Shown: positions 48,401-62,473 of the stretch, piece by piece
Layout: every line of letters starts with the position of its first letter
Numbering within the stretch: position 1 is the stretch's first letter
Source of the DNA: Mustelus asterias
Taxonomy: Eukaryota
Length of the DNA stretch: 64,000 nt
Assembly: GCF_964213995.1 (NCBI RefSeq)
Contig: NC_135830.1
Location: 5,022,001-5,086,000 of the forward strand
Direction: 5' to 3'
The notes under the pieces: model-generated
What the model was told of the DNA's origin: nothing
The model's input: only the letters and a program-made list of their open reading frames with translations
Databases searched by the model: none
Position numbers and translations under genes: made by a program

Positions 48401-49929
48401 GCCCTGTCTCTATATTGCACTCATCTGTGACCTGTCTCTGCTGATGTTAAATTAACTAATCCCTGTTTCGGTTTATATTAAAGAAGATTTTGTCTCCGTT
48501 CACATTACACTAGACGTACTTTCTGTTTATAATAAACTAGATGCTGTCTCTGTTTATATTACACATCACCATGTCTCTGTTCATATTGAGATCGACAATG
48601 ACTCTGCTTTTATTAATGTAGACCTGTCTCTGTACTAAACTGGATGCACTTGACCATGTCCATGTTCATTTTATATTGGGCACGGACTCAGTTATTACTG
48701 CACTAGACATTGCACAATAATGTGAAAAGTGGCTATGGGAACACGATTCTCTGCATCCTCCTACAGGTACAACTCTGACGGATGGAGACAAGTCTTGGGA
48801 ACTGGAAAAGAAGAAGTGATATTTGAAAGCTCATTCTACTGATGCATTGAAAATAGATATCAAACCCTGCGCAGCATACACTGTCGATCCAATATTTTCC
48901 GTTTCAAGATCCTGCTGAATACAGATGTTTATAGCCCAGCATATTTATGCATTATATTATCTCTCTACCTCACAGAACCGTTGAGTAATGTTCATGGAGC
49001 CATAGTTCAGACAGAGGAATACTATAGTGCAGTAATAACAGTGACCTGGTCTCGCGAATTATAGACAGAGTCAGGATCAAATGTCATATAAACAGGGATT
49101 GGGTCTAGTGCATCATAAACTAAGCTCTGGTCAGGCGGAGTATTAACAGAGACAGGATCTATTTTAATATAAACAGAGGCCTGATGCAGTGAAATAGAAA
49201 TGAGGTCGTGCCTTGTGGGAAGTTAAGGCGAAATACTGGCCTTACCAGAGACACCCACATCCCATGAAATAAATATTTTAAAAATATGAATGACATCAAC
49301 GAATACAAGAAAAACTGAGATGGTGTCTGGTGCAATTTAACCGAATGCAGGAACTTGCGCGATATAAACTGAGACATATAGTGTCAATTACTGATACAGG
49401 CCTGAACCGATATTAACTGAGGTAGAGCTTAGCGCATTAGCAGTAATTACTGATACAGATTCTGGACTGACATAAACTGAGACAGAGTCCAGTGTGTTAA
49501 TGATCATTACTGAAGAAGTACCTCGACTGATAAAAACTGAGACAGAATTTAGTGTATTGTTAATGATTGGAGATACGATATTTAGACTGATATGAACTCA
49601 GAAAAAGGATAGTGCATTGGTAATAATTATGAATATGTGATCTAGACTGGCATACACTGAGATATGGACAATGCAGCAAATTAGAAGGATCACATGATGC
49701 AATAATAACAGAGGCAGGGCACAGTGTTGAATAAACAAATACATGCACTTGTGCAGCATTAACTAAAACAGTGTCGAGTTTATTAGATCGAACGAACCAT
49801 TAGAGTAATGACAGTGACCGAAACTTTTGTAACGCAAGAAGGATGTTGCTCCAGTATAGGAGTCACAGATAAAGGTTCTGATGCAGTCGGAATTGAGACA
49901 CAGTCTCTTCCCAGATTAAAGATTTAAAG

Positions 49930-50208
49930 CTTATTTATTAGTGTCATAAGTAGGCTTACATTCACACTGCAATGAAGTTACTGTGAAGAACCCCGAGTGG
50001 TCACACTCCGGCGCCTGTCTGAGAACACTGAGGGAGAATTTAGCATGGCCAAAATGCACCAAACCAGCACCTCTTTCGGACGGTGAGTGGGAACCGGAGC
50101 ACCCGGAGGAAACCCACGCAGACACAAGGATAACGTGCCGACTCCACACAGACAGTCACCCAAGTTGGGAATTGAACCCGGGTCCCTGGCACTGTGCCAC
50201 CGTGCCGC
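49930..50208 (-). mobile_element. V-SINE with alternative tail
   Basis: Colinear with 44697-44970. Confidence 0.85.
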
Positions 50209-50429
50209 CCTGATTAACTGAAACATATTTCAACACAGTCATAATTCAGAAACCATCGGTAAAACAGGCCTTGGCTTCACTTATGAACAACTGATAATGA
50301 GCCGAGTAGAGAAACAACAGAGACAGGACATGCTGTAATGTGATTGGGACATGGCCTGTTGCAATACAAACAGACGTGGGGGCCAGTTGAACGTAATCAG
50401 AGATATGACATGTTCAAAATCATTTCATG

Positions 50430-51960
50430 AGGTTTTGGTGTCATTGGTAAAGTAGGATTTGTTGCCACTTATAATTTTTCCTTTGAGAATGTGCTAGTGA
50501 GCCCTCTTCTTAAATCATTGCATTCCATATGAGTAAGTACACATACAGTGCTGATAGGAAGGGAGTTGCAAGATTTTCATCCATTGACACTGAAAAAATA
50601 GTGATATAGATCCCAGTCAAGACGGTGTGGAGGTTTTATGGGCATTTGCAGATGATTGTGTTCTCATGCATCTGCTGCCCTTGTCATTTTAAGTGTCAGA
50701 GTTAATGTGTTTGGAAGTTGCTACCAAAGGATTATGTTGCTCCTATACAAGTTGTATATGGGTCACACGGCTAGAGTTGTACATCTGTGATGCAGAGAGT
50801 GAATGTTTAAAGTGGTTGGTGGGGTGTCCATCCAGCCGCCTGCTTTTTACTGGGTGGTTTCGAGCTTTTTGGGGGTTGGTTCAGGACCATACGCCAGGCA
50901 AGTGGAGAATATTCAATCACAATCCTGACTTTTGCCTTTATATGATGGATAGGTTTGGGAAATCTGGAGGTGAGTTACTTAGCGCACAATTCCCAGCATC
51001 TGACCTGCTTTTGTAGCAATATTATTTACATGGCTGTCCCAGTTCAATTTTCCATCAATGGCAATTCCCAGAATGATGATAGTGGGGTTTCGGCTGTAGT
51101 CATTCCATTAATGGCAAGCGGAGATGATTGCAATCTCCCTTACTTGAAAGGGCATTGCCTGTCACTTGGGTGGCGCGAATTTCACATGCCACTTCACAGC
51201 CAAAACCTGAATGTTTTCTAAGTCTTTCTGCTTACGGACACGGATAGCTTCCGTATCTGAGAAGTTGTAAATGTGCTGAACATCGTGCAATCATCAGTGA
51301 ACATCCCACTTCTGAGCTTGTATTGAAGCATGAATGTTAGGCCGAGGGCACTATCCTGAGGAGTTCCTTCAGCAAATACCCTGTGACTGAGATGATTGGC
51401 TTTCAACAGCCACAACCATCTTACTCTGTGCTCGGTATGACTGAAGCCAGTGGAATGTTTTGTTTTCCCTCGGATCCCCATTGACTGCAGCTTTGCTCGG
51501 GCTTCTTGATGCCACAATCGGTCAAGTGCTGCGTTGATGTCAAGGGCCGGCACTCTCACCTCACCTCATTAAAGCAGCTATTTCCACTATATTTGGACTA
51601 AGCTTCAGTGATTTCTGGAACTGAGTTCCCCTAGTGGGACCCAAACAGAGCATCATTGAGCAGAATACTAGTATTTGTAGTTGTAGCAGCATTGTTATTA
51701 TTATATTATTATTACTTTTTTAGATGATCCTTTATAGTTCCCATTACGTTGATCGAGTGAGGACGCATTGGGCGGTAGTTGGTCGGGTTGGATTTGTCCT
51801 ACCTTCTGAAACAGGTCATGTCTGCCAATTCTCACACTGTTGTGTATGTGACCGTGATGTAGCTGTACTTGAAGAGATTGGCTGAGGCTCAGCTAGCTCC
51901 AGAGCACAAATCGTTATTATTATTGCTGAAATATTGTCAGGATCCATAATCTTTACAGTA
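50430..51960 (-). mobile_element. degenerate L2/Crack-like LINE
   Basis: RVPALDINAALDRLWH, GTPQDSALG and MFTDDCT RT relics. Confidence 0.7.
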
Positions 51961-52559
51961 TCCAATGCTTTCAGCACAGGGTTAGGCCACAGATCAATCA
52001 TGATCATATTGCATGGCGGAGCGGGCTCCAGGGGCTGAATGGTCTACTCCTATTCCTATCCTCCATGTTATCATGTTGAATGAGTTGACCTCCTTGGAGA
52101 CTGGCATCTGTGATGTTCGGGGCATCAGGGAGAGGCCGAGATGGAACATCTTCTGGCTGAAGATGGCAGCAATTGTTTCAGTCTTGTTTCTTTTACCTTT
52201 TGCAGAGCTCCCCCATCATTAAAAATGGGGCTTTCGTTTGAGGCTCCTGCTGCAGTTACTTGTTTAAATGTCCATCACCATTCAGGACTGCATGTGGCAG
52301 AACTGCAAAGTTAGGGTCCAGTGTAGTATTTATTGAGGCAGTGCCTTCTTCATGTAATGTAAACCATCAAGGTGCCAATTCCATCTGCTGGCAAAATTCT
52401 GCAATTACAGTTACTGTAAATATATCGCTGTCAGGTATGATTTATGATAGTAATATACAAATAATTCACATTCATAAATGTAATACCATATCCCCTTCTG
52501 CGGAAACTCCCCAAATTTAAGGTGCAACGAATTATAGATGAGATGTACGTTGCTGAATA

Positions 52560-53395
52560 ATACAGGTTAAGTTTTGTCCCGCCGGAATCTGTCTTGAGGT
52601 CTCAATTATTTACAATATTGATAACGGCTTAGATAATGACACAAAAAGTCAAATAATCCAAATGATAGATCAAGGTAGTTTTTAGAAGGCACAAAGTAAA
52701 ATTTAGTGGATGCCCAGCGAGATTTGGGTGTTCAAGTGAATAGCTTCTTAAAATGCCACGAACTGATGCAGAAAATAGTCAAGCAGGTCAACGGAATTCT
52801 GGCCTTTGTATCTAAAGGACTGGAGTATAGCGATGCAGATGTTATGCTGCAATTATGCAAAATCCTGGTTAGAGCCCACCTGGAGTACTGTGCACAGGTT
52901 TGGGCACCACACCTTTGCAAAGATTTTGGTCCTGGAGGGAGTTGAACGCACGTTCACAAGAATTAGCCCTGGCCTTTAGGGGTTAAGTTGCGAGGAGAAA
53001 TTAGACAAATTGGGACTTTTCCTCTCGAATTCAGAAGGTTGAGGGGTGTTCTGACAGAAATCTACAAAATATTTACGGGTAGGGTCGGGCGGATCAATAA
53101 GTTGAAGGCTCTAGAATAAAGGGCCATAATTTAAAAAAAACAGGGCCAAGCCGTTCAGGAGAGTTGATGGAAAGTATTTCTACGCACAGAGAGTGGTGGA
53201 CTTTTGGAACTCTCTTCCGCAAAGGCCAGTGGGTGCTGGTTCAATTGTTAGATTTATCTCTGAGATCGATTTTTTTATTGAACAGGGGTATCAAGGGATA
53301 TGGGCCAAGGGCAGGTACATAGGGTTTGGCCACAGATCAGCGATGATCTTATGAATGGGGGGCGAGTTCGAGAAGCTGAATGGCCTGCGTCTGCT
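52560..53395 (+). mobile_element. degenerate CR1 3' region
   Basis: QRDLGVQV..LVRAHLEYCAQVWAP. Confidence 0.8.
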
Positions 53396-54629
53396 TTTTT
53401 TATTCATGCTTGGGACATGGGCTTCGCTGGCTGGTCAACATTTATTCCCCATACCTAGTTGCCCTTGAGAAGGTGGTGGTGAGTTGCCTTCTTGAATCGC
53501 TGCAGTACATGTTCTGTGGGGAGACCCACAATGCCGTTAGGGAGGAAATTTAAGGATTTTGACTCAGCGATTGTGAAGGAACGGCGATATATTTCCAACT
53601 CAGGATGGTGAGTGGCTTGGAGGGGAAATTCTGCTCCTTTGTTCCTATGATGCCGGGTCAGCATCAAAGCATAGTGCCTCAATCCATGGTAATGTATATT
53701 TGTTCATTTTGGTTAGAAGGAGGAATGCTGACCAGGGCGCTGTTGGAGACAATGGGACCTTTAATGTTCAGTTCAGCAAACATGGTGCTGGGGAAAATGT
53801 ATTTATTCTTCATTCCATCTGAAAGATAGTTGGGGTAATTGTCTCTTAAGCCCCCCAGGAAGCAAAGATGAAGTCTTAAGTTGAAGGAAAATATGTGTGT
53901 GTGTCAGTGTGTGTGTGCGTTGTCTGAAAAACGTCATATTGTTTACAAATCAATTTCACAATGATAACCAGCGTCCTTCCATTTAAAATAAAAAAAATAG
54001 ACGCAGAGTAAACACATCAATTTCAGAATGGTTTCTTTTTCAAATGTCACCTTTGTTGATGACTGAGAAGGACAATTTTTGAGAGGTTGGCTCTGTTACA
54101 AGTGCTGCCCATGAAGCTACCAATTGTGGTTTTATGTTGTCGTTTTCTGTGTCATGAATGAGACTGAGGAGTTTTGATGGAGAGCGACTTTTTCCCAAAT
54201 ATGGTAGTCCCTGCTCTGCTACCGGTGTTGAATGTCTTGATGAGATTGACGAAGGTAAAGATAAGTACATAGGGCATATAAAGCAGATATTTTCCAGAGT
54301 CAATTTTCCATTATAAACACAACATTGTGCTTCAGGATAATCCGGATCTTCAAACAGGTGAATGTTTTCAGATGTGTCACTGGCAATGATGTATATATAT
54401 CTATAGTTGTTGCAGTGTCCTCTGGCGCCATTTTGTTCCCCGGTAGTGTTGTGCTTTTGAATCATGCATCTCCTGTGGCGCGCATCCTATCTTCCATTAA
54501 GAAAGAGAAGATCATAAATGTTCATAAAGTTGGTATTTATTTTCACCAATTGCCATCCATTCACAAAGTTGCATAAATTTGTTCACCAGTTATCAACCAT
54601 TCATAAATATTAATATATTTACGTTTTAA

Positions 54630-55350
54630 TTTAAGGGATGTGATCTTTGCTGGCGAGGTCAACATTTGTTGCCTATCCCTAATTGCCCTTAATAAGATGG
54701 TGGGGAGCTACCTTCTTGAATTGCTGCGAAGCCTCTGGTGTATGTACTCACACAGTGCTGTTACAGAGGGTGTTCCAGGATTTCAATCGAGCGACAGTGA
54801 AGAAAGGGCGATATTTTTCCAAGTCAGTTATATGACTGACTTGGAGTGGAATTTACAGGTGATATTCCCAGGTAACTCTTACCCCTGTCCTTCCAAATGG
54901 TGACAGTCCTGTGGTTGGAAGGTGTTGCATAAGAAGTCTTGGTGAGTTCCTGAAGTGAAACTTGTAGATGATGTACAATCCTGCTGTTGTTTGTCGGTGG
55001 TGGAGGGAGTGAGCATTTGCAAATGCTATGCCAGTCAAGCTTTGTCCTGAATGCTATAAAGCTTCTTGAATGTTGTTTGAGTTGCACTCATTCTAGCAAG
55101 TGGAGAGAACTCTATTACACTCCTGAGTTGTTGTTGGTGGTGGACAGGTTTGGGGAGTCAGGAGGTGAGTTACTCTCAGCAAGCTGACCTGATATTCCAG
55201 CCGGAGCATTTGAACATCCAGTTAATTCAGCGATTAGCCAATGGTAAACCCGACGATGTTCATAGTGGGTGATTCAGTATCGTAATATCATTGAATGACA
55301 AGGAGCAATGGGTAGATTCTCTCTTTTTGGAGATGGTCATTGCCTGGCGC
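54630..55350 (-). mobile_element. degenerate L2/Crack-like LINE 3' region
   Basis: Colinear with 27110-27740 and 50430-51200. Confidence 0.65.
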
Positions 55351-55764
55351 TCATATAACTAATAATCTCCAAATCACAAAAATAAATAAATAAATATTTC
55401 ACAAATTATTTTCAGCAATTTAATTGGTACAAATATAGTTGCAGTTTATTTATTGTAGTTTATTGAGACTCAAATTTATTGAGGTCACTTTGGCCTTTCT
55501 GTCACCAAAGAATCAAATCTGTCCCAGAATTCAGCGGGAAGTCGAATCAAATCACACCGAGGATAATGAGCAGCTACCCAGCAGCCTCTGCGCTTTATTG
55601 ACACGTAATCACCTCATCATCACACATAAACCCCTGATATATAACTGGAGTGTGTAACCATTTTTAAAGTGACTGTAGAACTGAAAGTGCCTGTATCTAA
55701 TGTTATATATAATTTATAATATCTAATATGACGTTATAGAATCTTAAGATCCAGATTAATTATT

Positions 55765-56090
55765 CATAGAACAAAGAATCTACAGTGCAGAATGAGACCA
55801 TTGGGCCCATCGAGTCTGGAGCGACCTCAATCCTACCCAGGCCCTGTTCACGTGAACCCTCATATTAACCCCACTAATGCCCCTGACACGAGGGTTAATT
55901 CAGCATGGCCAATCAACCTGACCTGCACATGTTCGGACTGCAGGAGGAAACTAGAGTACCCGGAGGAAATCCACACAGACAAGGAGAGAAACGGCAAACT
56001 CCACAAATACAGTGACCCGGGGACGGAATTGAACCCGGGTCCCTGGCGTTGTGAGGCAGTAGGGCTAACCACTATGACACCATGCCGCCC
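55765..56090 (-). mobile_element. HE1-type V-SINE
   Basis: Full head, V-domain and tail. Confidence 0.85.
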
Positions 56091-56299
56091 TTGCACACTT
56101 ACAGAGTACTGGGAAGTCATTTACCATTTGAGTCTGTCCAGTGAGTTTCACAATATTTCAATTGCCTCATTATTTTTTTTAGCCTGTTACCTTCACTAAT
56201 TTAGGTGATGATATGTTGAGTGATTTGTTGCACTCAAAAGGGCCACATGTTCCAAATATTACAATACTCCCCCCTCAACCTAATCCCTCTTTCCATCTT

Positions 56300-56865
56300 G
56301 GATTTGAAGATTTTGAAGACATCGGTGAGGCTACACTTGGAATGCTGTGTACAGTTCTGGTTACCCTATTATAGAACGGATATTATTAAACTAGAAAGAG
56401 TGCAGAAAGGTTTTACTAGAATGTTACGAGGGCTTGATTGTTTGAGTTGTAGGGAGAGTCTGGATAGACTGGGACCTTTTCTCCGGAGCGTAAGAGGCTT
56501 GGGGGGATCTTATAAATGTCTATAAAATAATGAGGTGCATAGATCAGCTCGATAGTCAATATATTTTCCCAATGGTAGAGAAGTCTAAAAGATGAGAGTG
56601 GAGAGATAGAAAATGGTTCAGAGGGGATATTGTTTCACACAGACTGTGGCAAGTGTCTGGAACAGGCTGCCAGAGGGAGTGGTAGAGGCGGGTACAATTT
56701 TGTCTTTTAAAAAGGGTTTCGACAGGTACATGGGTAGGATGGTTACAGAGGGATATGGGCCAAACGCGGGAAATTGGGACAAGCTTAGTGGTTAATAAAA
56801 AGGGCGGTATGGACAAGTAGGGCCGAAATGCTTGTGTCCATGCTCTCAACCTCTAAGATTCTATG
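56300..56865 (+). mobile_element. CR1 3' fragment
   Basis: VRLHLECCVQFWLP..LERVQK; WNRLPEGVVEA. Confidence 0.85.
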
Positions 56866-56964
56866 CTCTATTCGCCATCAGCAGATGGAAAAAAAGTCAG
56901 ACTGCTCTTAGTTCATTTGTTCCCGATAGCTTGGGGATTGAATTCACCGAGAAAATCTGGAAGG

Positions 56965-59030
56965 ACTGAAGTTTGCAGCACAGCATAAAGGTCAAGCACA
57001 GCACTAAAGCAAAAGTTAAAGCATACAAAGCGGCAAAGATTAGTGGGAAGCCAGAGGATTGGGACGCATTTAAAAGCGAGCAGAGGACAACTAAAAAAGC
57101 AACAAGGGGGGTGAAGATGAAATATGAGTGTAAGCCAGCCAGTAATATAAAATAAGACAGGGAGAGTTTTTTTCAATATAAAAAAAATAAGAAAGACGCA
57201 AAGATTGCCATTAGACCACTGGAAAATTAGACTGGAGAAGTAATAATAGGAAATAAAGCAATGGCAGAGGAACTGAACAGTTACTTTGCATCAGTCTTCA
57301 GAGTGCAAGACACCAGTGGAATGCCAGAGCTCCAGGAGAGTCCGGGGGCACAGGTGACTGTAGTGGCCATCACTAAGGAGAAGGTTCTGGGGAAATTGAA
57401 AGGTCTGAAGGTGGATAAATCACCTGGACCGGAAGGACTGAAGGTGGATAAATCACCTGGACCGGAAGGACTACACTGCAGGGTTCTAGAAGAGATAGCT
57501 GAGGAAATTGTGGAAGCATTGGTGGTGGTCTTTCAGAAATCACTGGAGGCAGGGAGTGTACCAGAGGACTGGAAAGTAGCGAATGCAACACCACTGTTTA
57601 AGAAGGGAGGGAGGCAGCAGACGAGGAATTATAGGCCGGTTAGCCTGGCTTCGTTCATTGGCAAGACTTTAAATTCCATTATTAAAGATGAGATCGCAGA
57701 GTACATGGAAGTGCATCATAAAGTAGGACTGAGTCAGCACAGTTTTGTCAAGGGGAGGTAATATCTGACAAATCTGTTAGAGTTCTTTGAGGAGGTAACA
57801 AGGAAGTTAGATAAATGAGAGCCAGTGGACATGATTTATTTAGATTTCCAGAAGGCCTTCGACAAGGTGCCGAAAAGGAGACTGTTAAATAAGTTAAGTG
57901 CACATAGTGGTAAGGGGACGATCCTGGCATGGATAGAGGATTGGTTGACTGGCAGAAGGCAGAGAGTGGGGATAAAGGGGTCATTCTCAGGATGGCAGCC
58001 CGTGACTAGTGGTGTGCCTCAGGGGTTAGTGCTGGGACCACAACTTTTCACAGTATACATTAACGATTTGGAGGAAAGAACTGAAGGCACTGTTACGACG
58101 TTTGCAGATGATACAAAGATATGTAGAGGGACAGGTAGTATTGAGGAAGCGGGGGGGGGGGGCTGCAGAAGGGCTTGGACAGGTTAGCAGAGTCGGCAGG
58201 ATGTGGCAGCTGAAAAACAATTTGGAAAAGTGTGAGGTTATGCAGTTGGAAGGAGGAATGGAGGCATAGATTATTTTCTAAATGGGAAAATGCTGAGGAA
58301 ATCGAAAACACGAAGGAACTTGGGAGTCATTGTTCAAGATTCCCTGAAGGTTAAAGTGCAGTTTCAGGAAGGCAAATGCAATGTTAGCATTCATGTCGAG
58401 AGGGCTAGAATACAAGGGCAGGGTTGTAATTCTGAGGCTGTATAAGGCTGTGGTCAGACCCAGTTGGAGTATTGTGAGCAGTTTTGAGCCTCATATCTAA
58501 GGAAGGATGTGCTGGCCTTGGAAAGGGTCCAGTGGAGGTTCACAAGAATGTTTCCCCTGGAATGAAGAGCTTGCTGTATGAGGAACGGTTGAGTCCTCTG
58601 GATATGTACTCGTTGGAGTTTTGAAGGATATGGGGGGATCTGATTGAAACTTTCAGGATACTGCGAGACCTGGAAAGAGTGGGCTTGGAGAGCATGTTTC
58701 CACTGGTAGGAAAAACTAGAACCAGAGGGCACAACCTCAGACTAAAGGGACGATCCTTTAAAATAGAGATGAGGAGGAATTTATTCAGCCAGAGTGTGGT
58801 GAATCTGTGGATCTCTTTCCGGAGAAGGCTGTGGAGGCCAGGTCATTGGGTGTTTTTAAGACACAGATAGATGGGTTTGTGATTTATAAGAGGATCAGTG
58901 GTTATGGGGAAAAGGCAAGAGAATGGGGATGAGAAAAATATCAGCCATGATTGAATGGCGGAGCATACTCGATGGACAGAGTGGCCTAATTCTGCTCCTA
59001 CGTCTTACGTCTTATGGACTTATGGTCTTA
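56965..59030 (+). mobile_element. 5'-truncated CR1 ORF2 with frameshifts
   Basis: [22 protein letters not shown] and FADD motifs; TCTTATG-like tail. Confidence 0.9.
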
Positions 59031-60863
59031 TATCATGACACACTTGGAAGAAAGGACCTGCTTCGATTTTTGAAGTAGTAAATCACAAATATGCGAATGG
59101 AGAACAGCAGATTTTAGGACCAGCTATCGTCACATCCATCCGTCCACTCTCTGATTTCTCAAGCAAAACATTCAGGCATCCAACTATCGTTCATCCCTGC
59201 ATCAACGCAAGCATTCCTTTATTTTTGGTTAGATGGTGGCGTAATATTAATGCCAGTGTACCAGTAATCCAGAAGCCCAGGCCAATGATGTGGAGACACG
59301 AGATTAAATCCGACCCTGGCAGCTGGTGGAATTTGAATTCAATCAATAAATCTGGAATACATACTGACAGCGACCAGATTATCCTCTCTGATTCCCCAGT
59401 GAAGGAAATCTGCCATCCCTACCTGGTCTCATCAGGATGTGACTGCAGACGGACACAATATAACTAACTGGGCAATGCCTTCTGAGATGCCCGAGTATAC
59501 CACTCAGTTCAAGAGAAATTAGGCAAAGGGAATAAATGTTGGCCTTTCCAGAGATTCTCACGTCCCATGGAAGAATAAAGTGAAAGAAAACACAAGCATA
59601 CATGTTTATCTCGTGTAAAATATATCACCTCTCTGAATCAACTCTCATAATCTGCCGGTATTTGTTTTTATATCCAACCATCAATGTTTTGTTGTGTTGG
59701 AGAGATCATCATTGTTGCTAACAAGGTGCCAGAGGAGCTGAATACTTTCTTTTCCGAAGAAATGGGAAACATTCATAGATGTTTGCAACTTAAAAATAAT
59801 TAAATTGCCTCCAGTACTGTTGCTGGGTAGATTTGTTTATAAATAGGCCCCATTGACAATGCTGAGAGTTTGAAGTTGGCTTGCAGCCAAGTGTTCAGTA
59901 CTGAGGAAACAGGTTTTTGATTTACTGAACAAACACCCTCAGATGCTTCCTGTAAATATTTTTGGGTATTTGGCAGCAGCCTGGACAGTTGCCAAATACT
60001 GCGTAGGACAGATTAACGTGAATCTGTAAGGATAACATGGGACTTCGTCAGTTATAAAGTAAATGTTTTATTCCCAAAAGGAAGGCACATTTTAAATGGT
60101 TTTCTTCTAAGCAAATATTTTAAATGAATGCACTTTTCATGATGTGATTAAAAAGTATCGGAAACTAGCCAATTGACTTGATGCTATTTCATTTGTATAG
60201 CTTCCAAAGAAATGTCCTTCCAACAATTAAAGCCTCTTTATGAACAACTTCATGAAGTGCAGGAAAAATATTTTGATGTCCCCAATCCCTCAGTCCAATG
60301 AGGTCAGTGTAAAGGCACAAAAATGAAAATAATTAAAAGTAAAAGAAAATCATATATCTACCTTGAACAGCGGGGATTTCTGGAAAATTCTCAATGTTCT
60401 GCTCCTCATTAAAAACTTATACCTGATGTACAACGTGTTCTGTTGTCCAGCATAATCTGGTTTCGATTATTTAACAGTCCCTCTCATAACTGCCAATGAG
60501 TGAAGAAATGACCAGTTCATAACCTGGTTCAGTGAAAGATAAAATATTTATTCTTGTGATATTGTGCATTATGCCGCAAAGTCCTGATGTCCTGTGTTCC
60601 CAATACCAGCTGCTCGCCAATAAAATGAACTGTCATGACTTGGATGCTGAAGGAGAACTTTCCTGATTGCCGTGTCCGTTCTCATTCATTAGCTTCTTTG
60701 TCAAAAGTCAATGTCAATTTTATGTTTCTCTGTCAACTCAATGCTTAATTGTAAGTCAAGAAGTTTCCTTTCACCGTTAATTTTCACAGGGTTAAGGAGC
60801 TGTTGGGGAAATATAAGGTGTAACATTGTATCAGATAAGGAGTTTATTTTGTTAATTTATTCG

Positions 60864-61140
60864 TGGGCGGCACGGTGGCATAGTGGTTACCATTGCTGCT
60901 TCACAGCATCAGGGACCGTGGTTCAATTCCCGGAATGGGTCACTGTCTGTGCGTAGTCTGCACATTCTCCAATTGTCTGCCTGTTTACTCCCATTGTCCA
61001 AAGATATGCCAATTAGGTTGTTTGGCGATGATGAATTGTCCCATAGAATCAAGTGAATTAGCAGGGATGGGAATAGGGCCTGGGGAAGAGCGTTGTCGGT
61101 GCGGGCCCGACATGCTCCTTCTGCACTGCAGGGATTCTAT
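60864..61140 (+). mobile_element. HE1-type V-SINE
   Basis: GGGCGGCACGGTGGCATAGTGG head and a degenerate body. Confidence 0.8.
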
Positions 61141-62473
61141 GGACATGGGTGCCGCTGGCTGATCAGCATTTATTGCCCACCCATTGTCGAGGGCAGTTGA
61201 GAGCTAAACACATTGCTGTGGCTCTGCAATCACATGTAGGCTAGATGAGGTAAGGACGGCATATTTCCTGCTCGAAAGGACATTAATGAACCAGATAGAT
61301 TTTTACACAATCGACAATGATATCATGGTCATAAGTAGATTCTTAATTCCGGACGTTTTTACTGAATTTAAATTCCACCATCTGCCATGGCGGGATTCGA
61401 AGCCGGGTCCTGAGAACATTAGTTGAGTTTGTGGATTAATTGTCTAGCGATAATAACGCTCGGCCACTGCTTCCCTACTTCTTATATCCAGTCCCAAATT
61501 ACAGTGATAGCTATCCACACCTGAAACACAATCATCCCAGCAATAATTTACATAAATCGATATTAATTCTTCTAATGAATTATATTTCGCTTTAATGTGT
61601 CAGAGACACAGAATTATTGTAAATCAGACTGACGGCTTTACCCTGATAATGTAATGGCATCTGTTTATGTCCATTCCCTTGTGAAGAGCTGCAGAAATAA
61701 AGGGACTTAATTTAGAATGAAATTGTTTCTTTTCTCTAACAGATGCTCAAATGCAATTTCACCTCTTGGACGAGCAGAGACATGACAATGGATTTCACTG
61801 TCACTCCCTCGGTGTTAGTCTGTCTCTGGAATGTTCCATTGTCCGCAATCAATTCACCGGGAATAATCCTTGGTGTTTTTGATATATTTTATTTGATTTC
61901 ATTTGACTTATTATTATCGCATATATTAGTACACAGTGCAAATTATAGTTTCTTGCGCACTATACAGTCAGAGCATAACGTATATAGGGAAGGAAGGGAG
62001 AGAGTGAATAATGTAATTTTGCAGTCATAGCTGTTGTGTAGAGAAAAATGAACTTAATGCGACGGAGGTCCATTCAAACGTCTGATAGCAGCAGGAAATA
62101 AATTGTATTTCATTCGGTTTTTACGTGTCCTCAGACTTTTGTATCTTGTTCCCGATGTAATAAGGTGAGAGAGTATGTCCGGAGTGCGTGGAGTTTTATT
62201 TTCATAGGATTTTAGATATTTTTACAAGTGTTGAATCGGAGGTTGTGTTGAGTCAGCGAGAGGCAGAAAGTGGGCGCCCCTGAAACTCTTTGAGACTGAC
62301 CTGCAAAGCCAACATATTCAATGTTGGCAGTAACTGGATGGTCTGAGTCCGACAGTTCCCTGAACAGTGTTTACAGTGTCTTCTTCAGTACGATAGTCTT
62401 GGGTCAACCTACAATTCCTCCGCCCCAGGATTCAGAATCAATTTACTCCGCCCAAAGACACTTCAAACAACGT

